DNA of 63,786 bases, counting the filler, from Octopus bimaculoides (taxonomy: Eukaryota), in assembly GCF_001194135.2 (NCBI RefSeq). It is 5 parts of 4 records of this genome, joined end to end, with 100 filler letters (N's around TTAATTAATTAA, not from the genome) between each part and the next. Parts side by side here need not be neighbours in the genome. Positions count along the whole stretch, not along the records: positions 1 to 8,440 come from NC_069008.1; positions 8,541 to 28,035 come from NC_069001.1; 3 more parts are not named here. One strand, given 5' to 3'. The notes beneath the pieces are model-generated. The model did not search any database. It worked only from the letters and a program-made list of their open reading frames with translations, and was not told where the DNA came from. The position numbers and the translations under genes were made by a program. Numbering within the stretch: position 1 is the stretch's first letter; the number at the start of each line of letters is the position of its first letter. This document shows, piece by piece, positions 1 through 10,702 of this stretch.

Positions 1-280
1 GGGCAAGTGTTTTCTACTAGTGCCTCAGGCCGACCAAAGCCTTGTGAGTGGATTTGGTAGACGGAAACTGAAAGAAGCCCGTCGTATATATATATATATA
101 TATGCATGTGTGTGTTTGTCCCCCAACATCGCATCACAACTGATGCTGGTGTGTTTACGTTCCCGTAACTTAGCGGTTACCGATAGAATAAGTACTAGGC
201 TTTCCAAAAGAATAAGTCCTGGGGTCGATTTGCTCGACTAAAGGCGGTGCTCCAGCATGGCTGAAACAAGTAAAAGAGTA
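1..280 (+). mobile_element. SINE family A (tRNA head, CORE-like GGCACCTTGGGCAAGTG, internal microsatellite), partial
   Basis: Shares body and tail (GGCGGTGCTCCAGCATGG...TGAAACAAGTAAAAGAGTA) with about 20 copies in the window. Confidence 0.85.
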
Positions 281-441
281 TATCTGTTGCAGGTAGTGAT
301 CATTACGATTATGCGGGTATATGATGTGGAGTCGGATAATTCACAAACCCCAACTCTATTTATTTTGATGAAATGTGCAAAATGATCGCCACCTTTATTT
401 TTCGCCCACTTGAAATTACAGTAAAATCGTAATGTACGCAA

Positions 442-1469
442 GAGTGGCTGTGTGGTAAGTAGCTTGCTTACCAACCACATAGTTCCGTGTTCAGTCCCAC
501 TGCGTGGCACCTTGGGCAAGTGTCTTCTACTATAGCCTCGGGCCGACCAAAGCCTTGTGAGTGGATTTGGTAGAGGGAAACTGAAAGAAGCCCGTCGTAT
601 ATATGTATATATATGTATGTGTGTTTGTCCCCACCTCCCCACCATCGCTTGACAACCGATGCTGGTGTGTTTACGTTCCCGTAACTTAGCGGTTCGGCAA
701 AAGAGACCGATAGAATAAGGGCANNNNNNNNNNNNNNNNNNNNNNNNNNNNNNNNNNNNNNNNNNNNNNNNNNNNNNNNNNNNNNNNNNNNNNNNNNNNN
801 NNNNNNNNNNNNNNNNNNNNNNNNNNNNNNNNNNNNNNNNNNNNNNNNNNNNNNNNNNNNNNNNNNNNNNNNNNNNNNNNNNNNNNNNNNNNNNNNNNNN
901 NNNNNNNNNNNNNNNNNNNNNNNNNNNNNNNNNNNNNNNNNNNNNNNNNNNNNNNNNNNNNNNNNNNNNNNNNNNNNNNNNNNNNNNNNNNNNNNNNNNN
1001 NNNNNNNNNNNNNNNNNNNNNNNNNNNNNNNNNNNNNNNNNNNNNNNNNNNNNNNNNNNNNNNNNNNNNNNNNNNNNNNNNNNNNNNNNNNNNNNNNNNN
1101 NNNNNNNNNNNNNNNNNNNNNNNNNNNNNNNNNNNNNNNNNNNNNNNNNNNNNNNNNNNNNNNNNNNNNNNNNNNNNNAGATAGATAGATAGAGAGAGAC
1201 AGACAGACAGACATATAGCTCGCTCCGGCCAGTCATGGTATTAGCTGTCAGTAGCCAAAGAATCGACAGGCCAGCAACAGGCATGCAGGCAGACAGACAG
1301 ATACTTCACTAGCAGGCAGTGAGCACTTTCACTTCTGACAGCTAATAACATGACAGTGCCAGAATAAGTACTAGGCTTCCAAAAGAATAAGTCCTGGGGT
1401 CGATTTGCTCGACTAAAGGCGGTGCTCCAGCATGGCCACAGTCAAATGACTGAAACAAGTAAAAGAGTA
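442..1469 (+). mobile_element. SINE family A, full length, interrupted at 720-1360
   Basis: Head GTGGCTGTGTGGTAAG...GTTCAGTCCC; the tail resumes at 1361. Confidence 0.85.
720..1360. mobile_element. GGCA...TGCC element with 8-bp TSD inserted in a SINE (mostly gap)
   Basis: AGAATAAG at 712-719 and 1361-1368 brackets GGCA- and -TGCC; the SINE sequence resumes in register; 20-bp inverted repeat at 1232-1251 and 1335-1354. Confidence 0.7.
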
Positions 1470-2399
1470 CGTCATCTGAATGGTATTTGTTGAATAATTC
1501 ATTTTAGACACAGTGATGGGCAATAGAATTTACTATTAATGTCTGACAAACAACATCAAAACACTTTACATTATACATGTCCAAATACTTTTACTAAAAT
1601 ATCTGCATTATTATATCTTACCTGCTATGCTACATAAATCTGTTTCTAGTGAAATATCTTCAATTACAACAAAAACAACTTTCACGACGCCATTTAACTT
1701 GAAATATATACTTTCGCAATAGAAATTATTAAAAAACCGACTAGGAAACAAAAACGACGGAATGTACTTGTTTTGGATTTATAAACACTTAAAAAATATA
1801 CACGCATTATTCCTAAAAATTTTACTTATGAATATACAAACAGTCATGGTTAACTTTTCCGAAATTGAATTCTACTTGAAATACAAACACAAGTCAATTC
1901 TGTACATTTTCTTTATCTGCAAAATCTGATCGACTGAATAGAGTCGGAAAGTACACTAAAAGTTAGTGACATCATTCCGAAGAAGAAAGAAGTATCGATT
2001 TAGCTTTATCTGAGTCAAAAAATAAAAAAGAAGTACCATTCTCACTTTAAATGTGTTTCTCCAAGTAATTAAATAGATGAAGAATGGGGACAAAAGGTGA
2101 CTGGCCTAATATTGTAGTACGTTTCGTTTATTCCATATCGCTGTTTTAAGTTGTGCCATGAAATTTTAGTTACAGTAGAATGACACTATGAAATATACAG
2201 ATTAGCCACAACAAAAATAGATTTGGGAATGGGAATTAAAAATAACAAATACATGGAAAAATACAAATAAGTATTTTAGTCAGCAGTGGGATTCCGAAAG
2301 TAATAACTGATTTCATTGATTGAGTGTATAAAATAACTAGTATTAAATATGTAGTCTTCAATATATATACTGACACTATCCAGTGCAGCATGATCTCGG

Positions 2400-2790
2400 A
2401 CTAACTGTGGACCGCCCTAACCAGATGACCAGCATGTTCCCGCTCGGCCACCAAGCACCACAGCGGTGCCTAGCTCAGCGCAGTGTCGGCAATCTTGACT
2501 GGCACTCAGCTTGATAGCGACTGTTTGCACATCGTTGTTCTTTATGGTTTGACATCTGTTCCTGAGAACCTCACAAATGCGGCATAACTCTGTAGTTATG
2601 CCACAAATGCTGCTCCAGGTACACTGTGGATTCTCTCGTCCTCCACCCGGGACCACATCCCTGCTAACCGCTAGTGCAGGCCTCATAAGTCAAAGTGGCT
2701 GCTTCAGCGCATCTCTCTCGCGATAATCCGAGGCAACGCCCCTTCCTTTTTGTCCGCTGGGACCATGAGCGGCGCTGACAAACCTGCTAC
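2400..2790 (+). mobile_element. Degenerate 3' coding end of a CRE-like non-LTR retrotransposon
   Basis: GC-rich island in AT-rich DNA; the + frame ends KSKWLLQRISLAIIRGNAPSFLSA, matching the QR[IL]S.AI.RGNA C-terminal motif of CRE-clade RLE elements; in-frame stops upstream. Confidence 0.55.
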
Positions 2791-3010
2791 ATCTACATTC
2801 CCTGTTTAACGATAGAAATATAACTTTGTTTTCGCTCTCACCAAATAATTGTTTGTTTATACGTATGTTATTCTTGATGTAGATTACGAGTGAATTTATA
2901 TGGATGATACTTTATTTTATCTAAAATAGTTTTTACAAAAGAAAGACAAAGAAAAGAAATTTAATACGAAATATTCTTTTCTACTCTAGGCAAAAGGCCC
3001 GAATTTTTTT

Positions 3011-3048
3011 GTAAATTTTTAGATTAACACGCGCACGATTTTCACTAA
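3011..3048. mobile_element. One-ended remnant of the TTAGGG-MITE family
   Basis: GTAAATTTTTAGATTAACACGCGCACGATTTTCACTA matches 15852-15888 with 2 mismatches; adjoins a SINE B tail. Confidence 0.75.
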
Positions 3049-3104
3049 GAAAAAGAAGAAAAAACTCGATTTTTGTGTGTGGAATCAAGTACCCCGACCT
3101 CTTA

Positions 3105-3202
3105 AGAAATAAGTCCTGGGATCGATTTATTCAAATAAAACATTTCAAGGTGGTGCTCCAGCATGGCCGCTGTCAAATGACTGAAACAAAATAATAAAAG
3201 AA
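3105..3202 (+). mobile_element. SINE family A tail
   Basis: AATAAGTCCTGGGATCGAT...GGTGCTCCAGCATGGCC...TGACTGAAACAA. Confidence 0.75.
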
Positions 3203-3600
3203 TTGTAAAATCTCTCGACATTGCTACCTGGTGTCCTCATTCTTCACCTCCTGTGTAATGACATTTTAAATTCACATCTAAAGTGAGAATAAAACTTCAT
3301 TTGTTCATTGAACTCATTTAAATCTAGATCGATATTTCAATTTTTAGAAACATATTCAGAATCAAATCATTTTGTACGTCCCGACACTGTTGCAAGCCTA
3401 TCATAGAGAAATTTATAGAATTCCACTTTTGTTTATATTTGAAATAACATTTTAATAATTGCAATATGTTTAACAATGACTCTTTACATATTTTGAGTTA
3501 ATTTTTTTTTTAAATAACACCTATTTATTTTTTTCGCGGCTTATAAACAGAATCTAAATACATTTCGTTGTTTGTATGTCCAAGTCGGTTTTTATAATTT

Positions 3601-3726
3601 CTCTCGTGAAAGTTTACTTCGACTTCAATGACGTCATGGAACTGTAGCGAAGCCACAAAACGGTTGTCTTGTGTAATTCAAGATATTTCACTATAAACAC
3701 AGATTAATGTAGCATAACAGGTAAGC
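3601..3726 (+). promoter_or_regulatory. Candidate promoter and non-coding first exon of the ZNF gene
   Basis: Perfect CRE palindrome TGACGTCA at 3629-3636 in CpG-containing unique sequence, followed by a consensus donor CAG|GTAAGC (GT at 3721). The link to the ZNF gene is inferred. Confidence 0.4.
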
Positions 3727-4250
3727 TACAATAATACAGATATTGGCGATCTTTCGATACTAGTCCTTTTTTTGTCACCGAAAGATCACCCAGATATTTT
3801 AGTAAAAGTAGTTGGATATGAGTAATGTAAAATGCTTTGATGTTGCTAATCAGACATTGATATTCTATTCTCCAATGATTAAATAGACTTACACATAAAC
3901 TACACGTGTGGAAACTGGTTATTTTAAAATAACTTTTAGATGGTATACATCACGATTTACTCGGAATTTGAGGTGTGTGCTAAACATAAGGGTGGCGGTA
4001 ATTGACACACTTCTTCAAAATATGTGAGGAAACAAAGTCAAAGTTTATAAATTATCCGACTCACCCCAAATTTTGTTTTCACATCAAATTCCCACATAAT
4101 TGTAATCTACATTATCTGAAACGTATTCAAAAGTATTTGACCGTCCATATGCTGACCATGTGTGAATTATTGTTTTTAAACATGAAGATATCTTTATTAA
4201 TAAATAAAACTATAATCAGGAGAATAAGCTTTTCTAGTATATATATATAT

Positions 4251-4913
4251 GGTGGTGGTGGTGGTGGTTGTCTACTCCTTACAGAGTTTGACCACCTCCT
4301 GCACCTACACCTTAGCCCTTTCATGGCATCTGATGTGGCTTTTTAAACCAGTGTTTTGAAAAAACACCCACACAGATTGCACCTCTGATTTGCACTACCA
4401 ATACCTGCAGGTAAGTTCTGCTCATTGTGGATCCTAACATGTCTTTTAAGACCCCCACCCCCCACTGGATTTGCAAGCCCTCTGGCACACACCATATTCA
4501 GACGTGTGCACAGACATATAATCAGAATACCTGGTTGAAGTTTGTTTTCCATGGGTTCGCAGGTGAGATTTGAGGCCAGCCAAAGACAGACATGGTCTGT
4601 CACAGACTGTGCACACAAAAAGGTCCTTGTCATTCACCTTCTCGATCTTTACATTTTTCCTTAAATATCTCTTGAGCCCTGCTTGTGTCATCCTGGCCTC
4701 TTCAAACGATTTCACTCCACTCCACACCCTTGTTCGCCATCCAACTCAATCTTAAGTGAGGGCTTCTATATCTTTTGGAGCCATTCCAATTGACTTCATA
4801 GCAGTCCTTATGCCATCCTTAAACCTTTTTTTAGGTTTATGCCGATAACGTTTTCCCTCTGCAAGCTCACCATAAAACAGCTGTTTCAGCATGCGTTCAT
4901 CTGCCATTCGAAC
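4251..4913 (-). mobile_element. 5'-truncated RTE-clade LINE with C-terminal C2H2 fingers and (ACC)n tail
   Basis: Minus frames give RMLKQLFYGELAEGKRYRHKPKKRFKD...GVKSFEEAR...KRYLRK, then CTVCDRPCLSLAGLKSHLRTH and two frameshifted fingers; (GGT)n tail at 4251-4268; TTTCTAG(TA)n duplicated at 4231 and 4926. Confidence 0.8.
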
Positions 4914-5039
4914 AATATATATATATTTCTAGTATATATATATATATATACTAGAAAAGCAGAAAATTTGAGAAATGCCATTTTATATTTACACAAGAAC
5001 TATTTGAGGTAACCAATAAGCATCACAAAGCGTGATATC

Positions 5040-5330
5040 TTATTAACATTCACAAATGGTCAAAATGTACTCCATGCACTTCATGACAGCATTTTAATTG
5101 AGAAATCCAAGCTTGTGTGGCATTTTGAAGTGTTAGTTGAGGGATGTCATTTTCAATTCATCTGTGACAGTTATATAGCATCGATATTTCTGTATCTCTG
5201 CTAATAACAAGCTCCAGACACAGTAACCCGTCACATTTAAGTCTGGGCTCTTTGAAGGCCAATCTTCAGGTGCAATAATGAATCAGAAACCACCTGTTGC
5301 ACAGTTTATTGATGATCTATCTAATTAATG
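5040..5330 (-). mobile_element. Tc1/mariner-superfamily transposase 3' remnant
   Basis: Minus translation WPSKSPDLNVTGYCVWSLL (about 5205-5263) and a frameshifted C-terminus ending in HGVHFDHL* (about 5050-5085); these match the WPxxSPDLN and GGHFEH motifs. Confidence 0.65.
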
Positions 5331-5536
5331 CTTGTTAGTTTTGCCTTCAAATTTTCCACTTTTCTAGCGACCGCCCTTTATATGCATATGTTGACTCTAG
5401 ACTGGCATTGTGTTGTATTAGTTGTGATAATGAAGTGAAACCAAATAGTGTTATTTTAAAATCATTTAATGTGTGCGCTCAAGGTTTGCGTAAAATATAA
5501 CAGGAAATGCATCCAGAGGCACAAGTGTGACATATA

Positions 5537-5829
5537 GGTGCAGGCATGACTGTGTTAAGAAGCTTGCTTTGCAACCACTGGATCTGGGTTCAGTCCCACT
5601 GCATGGCACCCTAAGCAAGTGTCTTCTACCTACTATAGCCTCTGGCCAACCAAAGCCTTGTGGGTGGATTTCCTAGGCAGAAACTGAAAAAAGGCCATCA
5701 TATATATGTGTATATATTTATGCGTGTATATGTGTACCCCACCATTACTTGACAACCAATGTTAACTTATTTATGTCCCTGTAACATAGTGGTTTGGCAA
5801 AAGAGACTAATAGAATAAGTACTAGGCTT
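5537..5829 (+). mobile_element. SINE family A, diverged
   Basis: Head and body match other copies; 3' truncated. Confidence 0.8.
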
Positions 5830-6029
5830 CTCTGTCATGGTGAATGCAATGATCACATGCTACACACCTTCCTACCAAGCACTGCTGTAAACAGCAGAAG
5901 TGAGCTAGAATGTTAAAACTTAGTGCGCATGCACAGCAGAGTTCAAGGTCAATCTGTGCCAAGCAGTTTCACTCGTGCTTTAGCTTCCTTACTATGGCAA
6001 CAGTCCGGATACTTATTGATCAGACCTCG

Positions 6030-6185
6030 TATACAACAGGCTTTCACACAGACATTGGTCTTTGTGAAAATTCACTCACAAGGCTTTGGATGACCCAGTG
6101 CTACTGTAGAAGACCAATGCCTGTGGTGCCACACAGTAGGATTGAACTCAAGACCAAATGGTTAGAAAGCAAGCTTCTTCACCGT
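6030..6185 (-). mobile_element. SINE family A 5' half, old
   Basis: CACTCACAAGGCTTTGG...GTGCCACACAGTAGGATTGAACTC. Confidence 0.7.
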
Positions 6186-6360
6186 ACACAGTATTTATAC
6201 GATACATATATTTATTCATATACACCATTATAATATACATCTTAAAAATAGAGGGAGAGGGATACATTTCATTTGTTCAGGTAAATGTTTATTTCTGAAG
6301 CTTGTCTCTAAGAAATATACTAAAATTTATACTGTTGTATTTTAAATATTCCCTATATCT

Positions 6361-6387
6361 TATATTCTTGTTTCTCTACTATTTCAG
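6361..6387 (+). promoter_or_regulatory. Candidate splice acceptor opening the ZNF coding exon
   Basis: Polypyrimidine tract TTCTTGTTTCTCTACTATTTCAG ending at 6387, about 340 nt before the first in-frame ATG. Confidence 0.5.
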
Positions 6388-6802
6388 AATAACAAATAAC
6401 ATTGGCATCAAAGAATTGTAAAATCAGATACATCGTCAAGGAAAATGTTGTACAGAACAGATGTAACTCTCCTTATATAAATGCATGGCAAATAACAGGC
6501 AAATACGTTTTTTGAGCTGAGATTGATATCAATGATTCTTTTCTTGAGTGTCTCGAATGTATACAAGAATGATTTTGCATTCAAATTACTATTGAACAGT
6601 TTTATAAAGGAGTTTGCAACCCACATAATATATCAACAAAGATCACAATGGTATAAATATGTATTAGCAATAAAATATATCAATGAAAAGAAGATAAACA
6701 TCTCGAAATTGTGGTGAGGAAATAAAAATGATAGAAAATTAATTTTGTGAGAATAAGTTTAAATTTAAAGGAAGGTGTGAAAGTATTCATTTTCCTAATG
6801 AC

Positions 6803-7582
6803 ATGAATGAAGAGAAGGGGAAAACATCATACCACTGTGATATTTGTGGTAAATCATTCTCTGTGAACGGTAATTTAATTAAACACAAACATATTCATAC
6901 AGGAAAGAAACCATATCACTGTGATATCTGTGGTAAATCATTCGCTCGAAATAGTTACTTAGCTGAACACAAACATATTCATACAGGAGAGAAACCTTAT
7001 CATTGTGATATCTGTGGTAACTTGTTTGCTCTAAAAGAACACTTAAGTGCGCACAAACGTATTCATACAGGAGAGAAGCCGTATCATTGTGTCATCTGTG
7101 GGAAATCATTTGCTCGATGTAGTAATTTAACTATACACAAACGTGTCCACACAGGAGAGAAGCCATATCATTGTGTTATCTGTGGCAAATTATTCTCTCG
7201 AAATTCTCACTTAAATTCACACAAGCGAATTCATACAGGAGAGAAGCCATATTGCTGTGATATCTGTGGTAAATCATTTTCTCATGGAACTAACATAGCT
7301 ATACACAAACGTATTCATACTGGAGAAAAACCATATCACTGTGATATCTGTGGTCAGTCATTCTCTCAGAATGGTGAATTGATTACTCACAAACGTATTC
7401 ACACAGGAGAGAAACCATATCACTGTGATATCTGTGGTAAATCATTCTCTCAAAAAAATCAATTAACTACACATAAACGTGTTCATACTGGAGAGAAGCC
7501 ATATGGCTGTGATATCTGTGACAAATCATTCTCTCAAAGGACTCACTTAACAAAACATGTAGGCATTCATACACTGCAGTGA
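6803..7582 (+). CDS. Tandem C2H2 zinc-finger protein (9 fingers, no KRAB), of the type expanded in cephalopods
   Basis: Uninterrupted 259-aa ORF with nine C-x2-C-x12-H-x3-H units on an 84-bp period, joined by TGEKPY/TGKKPY linkers; AATAAA at 7623-7628, about 40 nt after the stop. The frame is open upstream to 6743, with an in-frame ATG at 6728 separated by TAA at 6740-6742. Confidence 0.92.
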   Translation: MNEEKGKTSYHCDICGKSFSVNGNLIKHKHIHTGKKPYHCDICGKSFARNSYLAEHKHIHTGEKPYHCDICGNLFALKEHLSAHKRIHTGEKPYHCVICGKSFARCSNLTIHKRVHTGEKPYHCVICGKLFSRNSHLNSHKRIHTGEKPYCCDICGKSFSHGTNIAIHKRIHTGEKPYHCDICGQSFSQNGELITHKRIHTGEKPYHCDICGKSFSQKNQLTTHKRVHTGEKPYGCDICDKSFSQRTHLTKHVGIHTLQ

Positions 7583-7720
7583 CTGTATCAATGTGAAAAT
7601 TCAGGTTGTCAATAATAGTTTCAATAAACGATTAATTTCTCGTGTATGGTATTTAATATAACTTTGTCTTTATTGTCCAAATTCATTTCACTGCTTACTT
7701 TGAGTTATTTTTCTTGGCTG

Positions 7721-8028
7721 ATCATCATCATCATCATCATTTAACGTCTACTCTTTATGCTGGCATGGGTTAGACGGTATGACTGAAACTGGTAAGCTGG
7801 AGAGCTGCACCAGGTTCCGGTTTCTACAGCTGAATACCCATCCTAACACCAGCCACGTCAAGAGTGTAATGGGTGCTCTTTATGTGCCACCAGCATCAGC
7901 CACGACTACGATCTCACATGGCTTGACAGGTCTCAAGCACAGCGTTATCATCAAAGGTCTTGTTACTTGTCATTGCCTGTGTGAGGCCCAACATTCAAAG
8001 ATCATGCTTCACCATCTTGCCCCATGGT
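7721..8028 (-). mobile_element. RTE-clade LINE 3' end with (GAT)n tail
   Basis: Minus translation KHDL*MLGLTQAMTS...AVLETCQ followed by a 3' UTR and (ATC)n on the + strand at 7721-7740. Confidence 0.7.
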
Positions 8029-8091
8029 ATTTGTCATCTGTATGTATATATATATATATGTGTGTGTATGTATATATATGTGTGTTTATGC

Positions 8092-8128
<37 letters not shown>

Positions 8129-8484
8129 AAAATGAAAAAAAGCCAGAATGCTGAACTGGAAGCATAATTTAATAAAGATTTTTTCTAACCGGTTTTCATT
8201 GCGATGAAGCAAATTATCAAGAAGACGGAGAATGAAAATGTTTTTTTACAAAGAAGTACAAAAAAGTACAAAATGAAGAAAATAATATATAAAATAATAA
8301 TATATAAAAAAATATAAATATACCCATACATTATATTGTCTTTGAGCTTTTGTAGTTCAATAGTAGTTCATGTATAAATTGGTAGGAAAAATAAGGATGC
8401 ATGAGAGTTGAGAGTTTTGTTAGGTTTTAAAAAAAGGGTTNNNNNNNNNNNNNNNNNNNNNNNNNNNNNNNNNNNNNNNNNNNN

Positions 8485-8496
8485 TTAATTAATTAA
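8485..8496. other. Artificial scaffold linker TTAATTAATTAA (also 28080-28091, 39280-39291, 51624-51635)
   Basis: Each is flanked by exactly 44 N on both sides (100 bp in total) and carries stops in all six frames. Confidence 0.95.
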
Positions 8497-8540
8497 NNNN
8501 NNNNNNNNNNNNNNNNNNNNNNNNNNNNNNNNNNNNNNNN

Positions 8541-8671
8541 TCGGCAACAAGAGATTCGATAGAACAAGTACAAGGCCTACAAAAGAATAAGTCCTGGGTT
8601 AGTTTCTTTGATTAGATCACTTTAGGGCGGTGCTCCAGCATGGCCGCAGTCAAATGACTGAAACAAGTAAA
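8541..8671 (+). mobile_element. SINE family A tail
   Basis: Tail motif directly after a gap. Confidence 0.8.
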
Positions 8672-8909
8672 TGTGTGTGTGCGTGGTTGAGGGGGGGGGT
8701 ATGTATTCGTTCTTTGATCACATTATCTGATATGCGCCCCCACCTTTTTTTTCTGTTGTTTCGAAAACTGTAGGCTGTGAACGGAGGGAGATTTTTAACT
8801 GTTATTTCTTGCACTTTCAAGAGAGACTGGTTCTCCCGTCCGACGGCGGAGTGGACCAACACAGCACCTTAACATGTACAACGGATACGCTGATACGGTT
8901 CTTCCAGTG

Positions 8910-10190
<1,281 letters not shown>

Positions 10191-10425
10191 CGCTGAATTA
10201 TCACAAAGCTATTAACATCATTTTTTTGGCTACAAACACGAAAACAATGAAATATAGATGGCTCCAGAGCTGCTGCCTCCTCCGCTTTCGTAGTTACCAC
10301 CATCATGGCTACCAGCCCTACGAGCCGACGTAGGAAAGAGCCTGCCTCCTACGTGGTCGCTCGAACTTCTAGAAATAGCAGTTAAAATCTGCTTCATGCC
10401 TCTGTATTAACACACTGCTCTCTGA

Positions 10426-10464
<39 letters not shown>

Positions 10465-10465
<1 letters not shown>

Positions 10466-10702
10466 GTAGCACCTACTATTAATAAAAAAATATTCAGACA
10501 AATACATAACAAAAATACCAGGACTTACAAATATATATAACATACAGAAAATTGCACTACTGGGTACTGCACACATTCTACGCAAAACACTTTCAATACA
10601 GTAAACATAAGAGCACCACAGCAAACCACAGCACGTACCCAAGGCGCACAGAGCTGCGCTCGGTAGTGAAGTGGAAAGCACGTTATAAAAATAAAACTAC
10701 TG
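10465..10702 (+). mobile_element. R4/Dong-like non-LTR 3' end inserted in (AAT)n
   Basis: KIPGLTNIYNIQKIALLGTAHILRKTLSIQ* followed by a 3' UTR; (AAT)n on both sides. Confidence 0.75.

Noticed and set aside
6830-7575. Regular 84-bp repeat that could be mistaken for a CRISPR or satellite array
   Set aside because: It is the codon repeat of the C2H2 fingers; there are no repeat-spacer units or cas genes.
8485-8496. Recurrent palindrome TTAATTAATTAA (four copies)
   Set aside because: Always centred in a 100-bp N spacer, so it is an assembly linker and not biological.
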